Source: an uncultured delta proteobacterium
GTDB taxonomy: Bacteria; Desulfobacterota; Binatia; Bin18
Direction of reading: 5' to 3'
DNA length: 64,000 bases
NCBI GenBank assembly: GCA_963733195.1
Contig: CAVTCR010000009.1
Coordinates: 96,001-160,000 of the forward strand
Shown here: positions 20,266 through 29,406 of the stretch, piece by piece
Layout of the letters: every line of letters begins with the position of its first letter
Numbering within the stretch: the stretch's first letter is position 1
Translations under genes and position numbers: made by a program
The notes under the pieces: model-generated
The model's database searches: none
What the model saw: only the letters and a program-made list of their open reading frames with translations
Told to the model about the DNA's origin: nothing

Positions 20266-21144
20266 TCAATACAGCTCCCCATCCTGGACCACTCTCTCCT
20301 CCTGAATGAGTTTCCCGAGGTGAAATTGCATCGAGTTCTTTTCGACTGCATCAATCCAGACGAGGTTGTCGTAGTCTTTACGATACACAATCCGCTTCTT
20401 AATGATGTCAGTTAAAGTGCGGGGATGAGCAAGAAACTCTAACAGCAACTCCTCACGCTCATAGACGATATCGAGGTAACGCTGGACCACCGCTTCTTGA
20501 TCCTTCTCGCAAATGCCTACGTGGTGGAAACTGACCAGCGTATTGCTACTCAACGCCCGAATCTGCTCCAGCGACGTGATAGTAGAAACAAGATCAGAGG
20601 TGGCATCTCCATAAACCGGCCCGAACCTGGTGAGATCCCAATCGCCTAAGAACAAGAGTCCTTCATTTTCAAAGAAGAAACAGCAATGTCCGCCGGTGTG
20701 TCCAGGCATATGCAGCACCCGCATACGGGTATGGCCGAAGTCGAACACTTGGCCATCCTGAAGCTCAATGATCTGTTCGCGTGGCTGATAGTGATATTTC
20801 TCGACCAGGACAGGTTTCCAGATTTCGTTGGCAGCTTCATTCATACCGTAATAATCAAAGAGGGTATCGAGCGAGCGCATCGCCGGGGCGTCGAGTGCGT
20901 GGATATGTAATGGCACCTCAGGAAACCAATGATTCCCGATCCAGTGATCTTCGTGGTAATGACTATTGATCAGCATATCCACAGGTCGGTCTGTCACCTC
21001 CCCTCGCATTTCGTACACCGTCTGTGAAGAGTCAATCAGTGCGGTAATGTCATCCTCAATCAGGATCGAGTTCCCATGCGGGTACTTACCGTTTCTTTCA
21101 CCGAGGATGACTTTGACTCGACCAAAACTGCGAATTTCTGCCAT
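20266..21144 (-). CDS. MBL-fold metallo-hydrolase
   Basis: SHYHEDH, PGHTGGH, FLGD and SFHH metal-binding motifs. Confidence 0.88.
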   Translation of the reverse strand: MAEIRSFGRVKVILGERNGKYPHGNSILIEDDITALIDSSQTVYEMRGEVTDRPVDMLINSHYHEDHWIGNHWFPEVPLHIHALDAPAMRSLDTLFDYYGMNEAANEIWKPVLVEKYHYQPREQIIELQDGQVFDFGHTRMRVLHMPGHTGGHCCFFFENEGLLFLGDWDLTRFGPVYGDATSDLVSTITSLEQIRALSSNTLVSFHHVGICEKDQEAVVQRYLDIVYEREELLLEFLAHPRTLTDIIKKRIVYRKDYDNLVWIDAVEKNSMQFHLGKLIQEERVVQDGELY

Positions 21145-21235
21145 GAAACCTCCATGACGCGATTGCTCTCGTTGAGGGCAGGATTATATGTTGAACTTCA
21201 TGAATCAAGAAGGTGGGACCGATTCCATATCAGCA

Positions 21236-22216
21236 ATGTATGATCTCAATCGGCTTTTTGCTTTGCACCAAGCCGTGGAAACCTTCGACCTTTCTGCTCC
21301 GCCAACAGTGCGCCTTGTCTCTCCTGACACCGTACTGCCGCTCCGTCGTGTCGGAATTCTGTGTGGGTCATTTAACCCGCTGACGTTTGCCCATACCGAA
21401 CTTGCCAACCAAGCGATCGAGGTATTCGGACTTGATCACGTATTCTTTACGCTTGCCAAAGTCACAGTCGATAAAGAACAGGTGACCGGCATGAGCATAG
21501 AGGATCGCTTGTTGTCACTGTCTCTTTATGCCGAACAGCACACGAGGCTTGGAGTTGCGCTCGTTAATCGCGGACTGTATTTCGAGCAAGCCCAGGCATT
21601 TCACTCGTTGTTTGGAGACCAGACTGAGTTGAACTTTCTCATTGGCATGGACAAACTGCTGCAAATCTTCGATGCACGGTATTATCACGATCGGGACGCG
21701 GCGCTGAGGCAGCTCTTTAGTCTTGCCTCACTGATTGTTGCGAATCGCGGAGATATGGATGAGCAAAGTTTTACCCAATTACTCGATCGCCCAGAGAATC
21801 AACCGTTCCGACAACATATTCGCTTCTTTACTCTTCCGGAAAGCATCACCGATCTGTCCGCAACCCAAGTTCGCCAGAACCTCGCTGCAGCGCAGCCAAT
21901 CTCAGCGTATGTCCCTCCAGAAGTAGAAACATTCATCAGCGAAACCCGTGCCTATCAACCGCCGCTTCACTTCGACAATGAAGTAATCGACGCTTATGCT
22001 GTTCGCCAGACCTTGCTTGCCTCGTTGTACGTCGATCGTTCCTGGGTGGAGCAGGAAGTGGATTTTCACCGTCTTGTAACCGTCGCGCTCTCATCAGATG
22101 CACAAGGTCAAGCATTACGTCATACCGCCGACAGTAAAGACCTTGCGCGCTTGGTTCGCTCTCTCTCCCTCAAGCCTACAGCCTTGCGTTCTTTTTCTCC
22201 CCCCCGTGACAACTAA
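21236..22216 (+). CDS. Cytidylyltransferase-like/NadD-type nucleotidyltransferase
   Basis: GSFNPLTFAH (HIGH-like), FLIGMDK and LSATQVR motifs. Start uncertain (21188-21236). Confidence 0.8.
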   Translation: MYDLNRLFALHQAVETFDLSAPPTVRLVSPDTVLPLRRVGILCGSFNPLTFAHTELANQAIEVFGLDHVFFTLAKVTVDKEQVTGMSIEDRLLSLSLYAEQHTRLGVALVNRGLYFEQAQAFHSLFGDQTELNFLIGMDKLLQIFDARYYHDRDAALRQLFSLASLIVANRGDMDEQSFTQLLDRPENQPFRQHIRFFTLPESITDLSATQVRQNLAAAQPISAYVPPEVETFISETRAYQPPLHFDNEVIDAYAVRQTLLASLYVDRSWVEQEVDFHRLVTVALSSDAQGQALRHTADSKDLARLVRSLSLKPTALRSFSPPRDN

Positions 22217-22307
22217 AAGCAGGGGTGCTTCGTTCTTTACTCTCCGGTTTCCTCATCTTACAGGCACCATAGCCCTTGAACCACGAAGTTTATATAATGT
22301 AGGAGTC

Positions 22308-23204
22308 ATGGAGCAGCCAACTACAACTCTTGTCATCCTCTTCGCCGACATTAGTGGGAGTACCCGCCTGTACGAAACCCTCGGTGATGCACTTGCTCGG
22401 CAGCGGGTTGCCGATTGTCTGTCGGTACTCACCGAAGCGATTCAGCAATGTGGGGGAACAGTCATCAAAACTATCGGCGATGAGGTGATGAGTACGTTCC
22501 CGAGTGCCGAAGTTGGGGTTCGGGCTGCCTGTGCCATGCAGGAGGCCCTGGCTGAGCGTGCTGCGCTCAGTAAAACCCCGCTCACCATTCGGGTCGGTTT
22601 GCACTATGGCCCTGCCCTGATCGAAGCTGGCGACGTTTTTGGTGATGTCGTCAATTTGGCGGCCCGGATTGTGGGTCTCGCAAAGGCGAATCAGATTCTC
22701 ACCTCACGCCAAACTGTTGACAGCCTTCCAGAAACAATGCGCACGATGACCCGTCACGTTGATCGCGCGCCACTCAAAGGGAAGCAAGAGGAAACCGATA
22801 TTTATGAAGTGATTTGGCGCGAGGACGAACTCACGCGCATGGAAGGCCCAAGCCTCTCTCCGCTCCCGACCACTTCAGGGACCCGGCTCAGTTTGCGCTT
22901 TCGCGGTAAAGAACTGGAAGTCAACCAAAATCACTCCGCGATCACCCTTGGTCGTGGGCAAGAGAATGACTTGGTGATTGCTGACGAATTCGCTTCACGG
23001 TTACATGCCCGTATTGAGTTTCGCCGCGGCAAATTCGTCCTCCTCGATCAAAGTACCAACGGCACCTTCGTCGCCACCCATGGAGAGAAGCCGTTGTACC
23101 TGCATCGTGAGGAATACCTGCTCCAGGGCACAGGAGCCATCAGTCTTGGACGTCCACTCGAAGGCGAGCCTCCAACCGTTATTCATTTTACTTGTGAACC
23201 GTAA
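22308..23204 (+). CDS. Class III adenylate cyclase with C-terminal FHA domain
   Basis: LFADISGST, IKTIGDEVM, IRVGLHYG, DVFGDVVNLAAR; FHA LGRG...ASRLHA...STNGTFV. ATG at 22308 after AGGAG. Confidence 0.92.
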   Translation: MEQPTTTLVILFADISGSTRLYETLGDALARQRVADCLSVLTEAIQQCGGTVIKTIGDEVMSTFPSAEVGVRAACAMQEALAERAALSKTPLTIRVGLHYGPALIEAGDVFGDVVNLAARIVGLAKANQILTSRQTVDSLPETMRTMTRHVDRAPLKGKQEETDIYEVIWREDELTRMEGPSLSPLPTTSGTRLSLRFRGKELEVNQNHSAITLGRGQENDLVIADEFASRLHARIEFRRGKFVLLDQSTNGTFVATHGEKPLYLHREEYLLQGTGAISLGRPLEGEPPTVIHFTCEP

Positions 23205-23281
23205 GCTCGCAGAATTCTCACTGTTCTTCTTTGTCCAGGCCTCTCTTTTTTTCTTTTTCCTTCTCTTTCTGTGGAAAAGAT

Positions 23282-23311
23282 TTGACATTACAAAGTAGGG
23301 TTTAGTAGGCT
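23282..23311 (+). promoter_or_regulatory. Putative sigma70 promoter of the pentose phosphate operon
   Basis: TTGACA-18 nt-TAGGCT about 110 bp upstream of the transketolase start. Confidence 0.45.
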
Positions 23312-23419
23312 GACAAAGGGACACCCAACACCCTCTTTCTCCTCCTCCTTGGTCCCTCAGCTGCGGTTACTATCTACACTCACCGTAACGGCATAACGGT
23401 CAGGAACGAGGAGAAACGT

Positions 23420-24253
23420 ATGAGTGACAATCAGGAACTCGATCGTCTCCGGGAAAAGGCCCAGCACATCCGTCGGTATATTATTGAGATGCTGGCAGCC
23501 GCAGGATCAGGTCACCCAGGTGGCAGCCTCTCGGCTGCTGACCTCGTCACCTGTCTGTATTTTAAGGTAATGCGCCATAAACCAGACGATCCAACCTGGC
23601 AGGATCGTGACCGTTTTATTCTGTCGAAAGGACATGCGTGTCCGGTGCTGTACGCGGCGCTGGCCGAGGCAGGATACATTACTCCAGACTTGTTGACCTC
23701 CTTGCGTCGCTTCGGCAGCCCGCTACAAGGACATCCCGACCGTCGCAAGTTTGGCCTCATGGAAGCGTCAACTGGTTCGCTGGGGATTGGTTTATCACTC
23801 GGCGTTGGTATGGCCCTCGCCGCTCGTCTACGGAACAGCCCTTCCCGTACCTACATCATGCTTGGGGATGGCGAGTGTGAAGAAGGACAGATTTGGGAAG
23901 CCGCGATGTGGGCGGCTCACCAGAAACTCGACAACCTCTGTGCTATCGTCGATTACAATCGCCTGCAACTTGACGCCAGTGTCGAGGAAATTACCAGCCT
24001 TGAACCACTGGCCGACAAATGGCGTGCGTTTCAGTGGAACGTACAGGAAATCGACGGCCATAATTACGAACACATCTTGAGCGCATTCACCCAAGCCCAA
24101 CAGACCAAAGGGAAACCCACGGTCTTGGTGGCCACGACGGTGAAAGGCAAAGGGGTGTCGTATATGGAGAATCAGATCAAATTTCATGGCAGTGTTCCCG
24201 AGAAAGCCGAACAAATCCAACAAGCCTTGCAGGAAATCACCACCGGGAGGTAA
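23420..24253 (+). CDS. tkt: Transketolase, N-terminal (ThDP-binding) subunit
   Basis: SGHPGGSLS, DRFILSKGH, GDGECEEGQIWEA. Confidence 0.95.
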   Translation: MSDNQELDRLREKAQHIRRYIIEMLAAAGSGHPGGSLSAADLVTCLYFKVMRHKPDDPTWQDRDRFILSKGHACPVLYAALAEAGYITPDLLTSLRRFGSPLQGHPDRRKFGLMEASTGSLGIGLSLGVGMALAARLRNSPSRTYIMLGDGECEEGQIWEAAMWAAHQKLDNLCAIVDYNRLQLDASVEEITSLEPLADKWRAFQWNVQEIDGHNYEHILSAFTQAQQTKGKPTVLVATTVKGKGVSYMENQIKFHGSVPEKAEQIQQALQEITTGR

Positions 24254-24258
24254 GCGCC

Positions 24259-25248
24259 ATGATCAAACGCTGGCCGACACAATGGGACATGGGCATGGCG
24301 ACGCGTGAGGCATATGGCCATGCGTTAGCACAACTAGGAGAAGAAAACCCCAAGGTCGTGGTCCTTGATGCCGACCTGTCAAAGTCGACCTACACATCTC
24401 TATTCGGCAAAAAATATCCAACTCGCTTCTTTGATGTTGGGATCGCTGAAGCCAATATGTGCGCCGTCGCCGCCGGGCTTGCCTCCGGTGGCTTCATCCC
24501 GTTCGCATCGAGTTTCGCTTCGTTTCTCTTGTGCAAAGGCTATGAACAACTGCGCATTTGTTGTTCATACATGGAAATGAACGTCAACTTTGTCGGCTCG
24601 CATGGCGGCATCAGCTTGGGTGAAGACGGCCCATCACAGCAATCGATTGAAGACATTACTCTTGCTTGTTGCCTCCCAGGTTTTACCGTAGCTATGCCTG
24701 CAGATGAGGTAGCAACGCGCGAATTGGTGCGTGCCGCCGCTGATCACTATGGGCCAGTCTATCTGCGTGTGAGTCGCCCACGCGCTGCGAAAATTTATCC
24801 TGCCGGAGAGCGCTTTGCCTTTGGTCGTGCGAAGACGCTTTCAGATGGTGAGGATGTCACCGTGATCGCCAATGGACTGATGGTTGCCCTGGCCTGCCAA
24901 GCAGCGGAATTGGCGGAGCGCAAAGGGATTCATACCCGAGTGATCGATTTACATACGGCCAAGCCACTTGATGAAGCCACTATCGAGATTGCGGCACGTG
25001 ATACTGGAGCGATTGTGATTGTCGAGGAGCATCTGAGCCGACCAGGACTCGGGTCACTCGTCGCTCAAGTCGTTGCCAATCGTTGTCCGGTGCCGATGGA
25101 GTTTGTCGGTCTGCCTGACAGTTTCGCTGAGTCTGGAACGCCACAAGAACTCTTTCGCGCGTATGGTCTGACGGTCGAACATGTTCTCGGTGCCATCCAG
25201 CAGGTCGTTCGGCGGAAAGATAAACGGCAACCAGTCGTAGTACGCTAG
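24259..25248 (+). CDS. tkt: Transketolase, C-terminal subunit
   Basis: DADLSKST, DVGIAEANM, GEDGPSQQ, VEEH. Confidence 0.95.
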   Translation: MIKRWPTQWDMGMATREAYGHALAQLGEENPKVVVLDADLSKSTYTSLFGKKYPTRFFDVGIAEANMCAVAAGLASGGFIPFASSFASFLLCKGYEQLRICCSYMEMNVNFVGSHGGISLGEDGPSQQSIEDITLACCLPGFTVAMPADEVATRELVRAAADHYGPVYLRVSRPRAAKIYPAGERFAFGRAKTLSDGEDVTVIANGLMVALACQAAELAERKGIHTRVIDLHTAKPLDEATIEIAARDTGAIVIVEEHLSRPGLGSLVAQVVANRCPVPMEFVGLPDSFAESGTPQELFRAYGLTVEHVLGAIQQVVRRKDKRQPVVVR

Positions 25249-25259
25249 GAGGAGCGACG

Positions 25260-28154
25260 ATGGCAAATCAATTACTCGACCTGCGTCAGTATGGCCAAAG
25301 TGTGTGGTATGACTTCATCAGTCGCCAGCTCCTCGCGTCGGGAGAGTTGCTGCGCATCATCACCCGTGATGGGGTTGCAGGGGTCACCTCCAACCCAACC
25401 ATTCTTGAGCAGGCAATCAACAAAACCGATGCCTACGACGAAGAAATTGCCATCCTCGCCCGGCACGGTTTGTCTGCCGAAGACATCTACACCCGCATCG
25501 CCGTGCAAGATATCACCGAAGCTGCAGATATTTTGCAGACTGTGTATGCAGCGACCAACGGTGGCGATGGTTATGTCAGCCTCGAAGTCTCTCCACGTCT
25601 GGCGGATGACACCGAGGGCACCATCGTAGAAGCGCATCGCTTGTGGCAACAGCTCAAGCGCGACAATGTAATGATTAAAGTCCCTGGTACGCCAGCCGGG
25701 TTTAGCGCCGTGCGGAGGCTCATCGGTGACGGCATCAATGTGAACATCACCTTGCTTTTCTCGCTCGCAGATTATGAGGCTGCCGCACGGGCGTATATCG
25801 CTGGGATTTCCGATCGGCTCAATAACGGTGGTGATGTGAGTCGTGTTGCATCAGTCGCCAGCGTCTTCGTCAGTCGTATTGATACCCTGGCTGACAAAGT
25901 GCTTGATCAAACATTGTCGGCAACCCGTGACGGCGAAGCCCGACAAGCAATCGACAACTTGAAAGGGAAAGCTGCCGTTGCCAACGCCAAGCTGGTCTAC
26001 CAGTGTTTCAAAATCCTCTTCTCCAGTAGTGAATGGAAAACCTTAGAGGAACACGGAGCGCGTCGTCAGCGCCCGCTGTGGGCATCGACTGGAACCAAAA
26101 ATCCTAAGTACAGTGATGTCCTCTATATCGAAGAGTTGGTCGGTCCAGATACGGTGAACACTGTTCCTCCCGGTGCACTCGCAGCGTTTCGTGATCACGG
26201 GCGAGCGCGCCCAACGATCGAGTTGAACAGCGTAGAAGCTCAGAACACATTTGATCGCCTTGGATCGCTTGGGATCGATATGCCCAAACTCTGTGGGCAG
26301 CTCAAAGAAGAAGGACTGCAAGCGTTCGCTGATTCGTTTGACACACTCCTCTTAGGTGTGGATACCAAGCGCAAAGCCGCACTCCTGAAGGGACGCTATC
26401 AGATTGCTGGGGCCAAGCTGGGCGAGGCCCTCGACCGCTACAACATCGAGCTTCAACTGCAAGACTATGTCGAAGGAATGTGGAGTAAACGAGCTGATCT
26501 CTGGTCAGATGATCCCGCCGAGCAGAAGCGCGTAGCCAACCGTCTTGGATGGCTAGAATCACCCGAAGTGATGGCGAAAGCGCTTCCGCGACTGAAACGT
26601 TTTGCTGCAACTGTCCGTCGGGACGGAATCAAGCACGTCGTTTTGCTTGGCATGGGCGGCTCAAGTCTTGCGCCAGAAGTGATGCGGGCGATTCTTGGCG
26701 TCCAGTCTGGAGCACCAACGTTCACGATGCTTGACTCCACCGATCCTGGGACAATCAAAGCAGTTGCCGATCGCGTATCGTTGAAAGACACACTCTTTAT
26801 CATCGCCAGCAAGTCAGGCACGACGATTGAACCCAACGCGCTTTCGTCTTACTTCTGTCAGCTTCTGAAAAACGCTGGGGTCACTAACCCCACACGTCAT
26901 CTCGTCGCCATTACCGACGAAGGCACGGCGCTACACGAATTAGCCCAACACGATCATTATCGCGAAGTCTTCGTGAACCCGTCTGACATTGGCGGCCGTT
27001 ACTCTGCCCTCTCTTTCTTCGGGCTTGTGCCCGCAGCCCTCATGGGCATCGATATCGTCGACTTACTCGCCTGGGGACGTGGGATGGCGTTGCTGTGTGG
27101 TCCGACAAACGCCATCGCCCAGAATCCTGGAGTCGCTTTAGGGATCGCTATGGGTGCAGCAGCTCGCACTGGTCGAGACAAGCTCACCCTTGTCACTGGC
27201 CCACGCCTACGTTCGTTTGGCTTGTGGATTGAGCAACTCATTGCCGAATCCACGGGGAAGAAAGGGACAGGGATCGTCCCGATCGTCGGCGAACCACTCG
27301 GGCTGCCAGAGGTATACGGCGATGACCGACTGTTTGTCCGCCTCCGATTGCATGGGGGCGACCCGGAAGAACACGATCGGGACGGCAAGATGGAGCAGCT
27401 TCGCGCCGCGGGGTTTCCGATCATCACTATCAGTTTACAATCTCCTACTGCAATCGGTGCCGAGTTCGTGCGCTGGGAAATCGCAACTGCGACGGCTGGC
27501 GCTATTCTCGATATTAATCCATTCGATGAGCCCAACGTACAGCAAGCAAAGGATGCAACGAAGGCACTGCTCCAACGGTTTACATCTGAAGGACATCTTC
27601 CTATTCCTGCAGCGCAGGTGCAAATCCATGGCACCTCGTTGACCTGTGATCGTGCCAGTTGGGACAAGATTCAAGCGCGCGGCAGTGATGTATCCCGTCC
27701 GCTGAGTGCGCTTGCAGAGTTCCTACGCACTGTGGAGAAAGGCGATTACCTTGGACTGCTCGCCTATCTCCCGATCAACGACGCTATTGAGGCATCGCTG
27801 CAGCGCGTACGCGCCCAGCTCCGTGATCGTTGTCGGGTGGCAACGATGTTCGGGTATGGCCCACGGTATCTCCACTCTACAGGGCAGTTACACAAAGGCG
27901 GTCCAAACAGTGGTGTGTTTATAATGCTCACCGCAACACCACAGGAAGATCTGGTCATTCCTGGTGAGCAATTTTCCTTTGGTACGCTAGAACTGGCACA
28001 AGCGTTAGGCGACTTTGCCTCACTTGAGGCGACTGGACGCCGCGTCGTACGTTTGCATCTGGACTCGCCGGAACCAGGGCATGTCGAACGTGTATGTGAT
28101 TTGATTGCAGGAGCAGCAACCATAAAAAATGAAGAATGCATGAATGATGAATGA
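25260..28154 (+). CDS. Bifunctional transaldolase/glucose-6-phosphate isomerase
   Basis: Tal: GVTSNPTI, VMIKVPGT, NITLLFS, LWASTGTK. Pgi: GMGGSSL, ASKSGTT, GGRYS, NPFDEPNVQQAK. Confidence 0.95.
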   Translation: MANQLLDLRQYGQSVWYDFISRQLLASGELLRIITRDGVAGVTSNPTILEQAINKTDAYDEEIAILARHGLSAEDIYTRIAVQDITEAADILQTVYAATNGGDGYVSLEVSPRLADDTEGTIVEAHRLWQQLKRDNVMIKVPGTPAGFSAVRRLIGDGINVNITLLFSLADYEAAARAYIAGISDRLNNGGDVSRVASVASVFVSRIDTLADKVLDQTLSATRDGEARQAIDNLKGKAAVANAKLVYQCFKILFSSSEWKTLEEHGARRQRPLWASTGTKNPKYSDVLYIEELVGPDTVNTVPPGALAAFRDHGRARPTIELNSVEAQNTFDRLGSLGIDMPKLCGQLKEEGLQAFADSFDTLLLGVDTKRKAALLKGRYQIAGAKLGEALDRYNIELQLQDYVEGMWSKRADLWSDDPAEQKRVANRLGWLESPEVMAKALPRLKRFAATVRRDGIKHVVLLGMGGSSLAPEVMRAILGVQSGAPTFTMLDSTDPGTIKAVADRVSLKDTLFIIASKSGTTIEPNALSSYFCQLLKNAGVTNPTRHLVAITDEGTALHELAQHDHYREVFVNPSDIGGRYSALSFFGLVPAALMGIDIVDLLAWGRGMALLCGPTNAIAQNPGVALGIAMGAAARTGRDKLTLVTGPRLRSFGLWIEQLIAESTGKKGTGIVPIVGEPLGLPEVYGDDRLFVRLRLHGGDPEEHDRDGKMEQLRAAGFPIITISLQSPTAIGAEFVRWEIATATAGAILDINPFDEPNVQQAKDATKALLQRFTSEGHLPIPAAQVQIHGTSLTCDRASWDKIQARGSDVSRPLSALAEFLRTVEKGDYLGLLAYLPINDAIEASLQRVRAQLRDRCRVATMFGYGPRYLHSTGQLHKGGPNSGVFIMLTATPQEDLVIPGEQFSFGTLELAQALGDFASLEATGRRVVRLHLDSPEPGHVERVCDLIAGAATIKNEECMNDE

Positions 28155-28270
28155 TGAATGAGAGAAGAGAGAACGAAGACATCAGAGCTAAAAGGTCTCT
28201 CATCCCCACAGCCTATAGCCTGAAGCCTTCAGCCTCATCTTCATCATTCATCATTCTACATTTTGCATTT
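28124..28270. repeat. Inverted pair of heptamer (ATGATGA/TCATCAT-type) short tandem repeats
   Basis: ATGAATGATGAATGATGAATG at the end of tal-pgi, with complementary TCATCATTCATCATTC before gnd. Confidence 0.7.
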
Positions 28271-28287
28271 CTTAGAGGAGGCATAGT

Positions 28288-29184
28288 ATGCAACTAGGAT
28301 TTAGTGGTTTAGGTCGTATGGGTGGAAACATGGTCCGGCGTTTACTGCAAGGTGGGCATCAGATTGTCGCCTACAACCGTAGTCCGGAACCGACCCGCGA
28401 AGTTGAGAAACTTGGGGCAACTGCCACCTACTCACTCGAAGAGCTGGTCAAAAAGCTCCCTGCCCCTCGCACTGTGTGGGTGATGGTTCCCTCAGGAAAG
28501 CCAACGGCTGAAAATATTACCACTTTGTCAAATCTCCTCAGTGCCGGGGACACCATTATTGAGGGTGGGAATTCCCACTACAAAGATGATGCCGTCAACG
28601 CAGCAATGCTCAAGAAGAAAGGTATTCACTATCTTGATGCTGGCACCAGTGGTGGCATTTGGGGTCTGAAGATCGGCTACTGTATGATGGTGGGCGGTGA
28701 CCGCGAGGTGTTTACAAAACACGAGCCAATTTTCAAAACCCTCGCTCCTGAGAACGGCTATGGCTACATGGGCGGGCACGGTGCTGGACATTACGTCAAA
28801 ATGATCCATAACGGCATCGAATACGGCATGATGCAAGCGTATGCTGAGGGGTTCGAGCTGATGCAGAAAAGTGATTTCAAACTCGATCTGCCTGCCATTG
28901 CCAACCTGTGGATGCAAGGAAGCGTCGTACGCTCGTGGCTGTTAGACCTTGCAGCGAGCGCATTAAGTAAAGACCCGCAACTCGCTCGTATTCAAGGATA
29001 CGTAGAAGACTCGGGGGAAGGTCGTTGGACGATTCTCGATGCGATCGAGAAAGATGTCCCGGCTCCGGTAATCACACAGTCGTTATATACGCGTTTCCGC
29101 TCGCGCCAATCTGAATCCTTTGGTGAGAAAGTGCTCGCCGCGTTGCGGAATGAATTTGGTGGACATGCGGTGAAGGCGAAGTAA
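28288..29184 (+). CDS. gnd: 6-phosphogluconate dehydrogenase (decarboxylating, short form)
   Basis: GLGRMG, DAGTSGG, KMIHNGIEYG, DSGEGRWT, LRNEFGGH. Confidence 0.96.
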   Translation: MQLGFSGLGRMGGNMVRRLLQGGHQIVAYNRSPEPTREVEKLGATATYSLEELVKKLPAPRTVWVMVPSGKPTAENITTLSNLLSAGDTIIEGGNSHYKDDAVNAAMLKKKGIHYLDAGTSGGIWGLKIGYCMMVGGDREVFTKHEPIFKTLAPENGYGYMGGHGAGHYVKMIHNGIEYGMMQAYAEGFELMQKSDFKLDLPAIANLWMQGSVVRSWLLDLAASALSKDPQLARIQGYVEDSGEGRWTILDAIEKDVPAPVITQSLYTRFRSRQSESFGEKVLAALRNEFGGHAVKAK

Positions 29185-29223
29185 CTCGGACTTTCCGCCC
29201 GGCCATAAAGTGACTTTGTTGCT

Positions 29224-29332
29224 AAATCCCCCGAGCCCCCTTTTTCTAAGGAGGGAATCTGAACGCCCCATTTGGCAAAACCTGTCCTGAGCTTTGTCGA
29301 AGGAGGGGCCGCGCGGCGCGCGGGGGGATTTG
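29224..29332. repeat. Intergenic composite palindrome including a CCTGAGC...GTCGAAGG REP-like unit
   Basis: AAATCCCCC...GGGGGATTT ends; inner GTCCTGAGCTTTGTCGAAGGA similar to copies at 1169 and 15927. Confidence 0.6.
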
Positions 29333-29406
29333 AGCCGTAATGGTAAGGCACCGGGGCTTGCAACAGTGTCGTTGCTCGCTGGGAAAAGCGAATCAGAGGA
29401 TACACT

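Noticed and set aside
20257-20268. TGA-GTT-GTG-TGA at the end of the MBL hydrolase as possible Sec
   Set aside because: No redox motif context and no convincing hairpin; readthrough would add only three residues.
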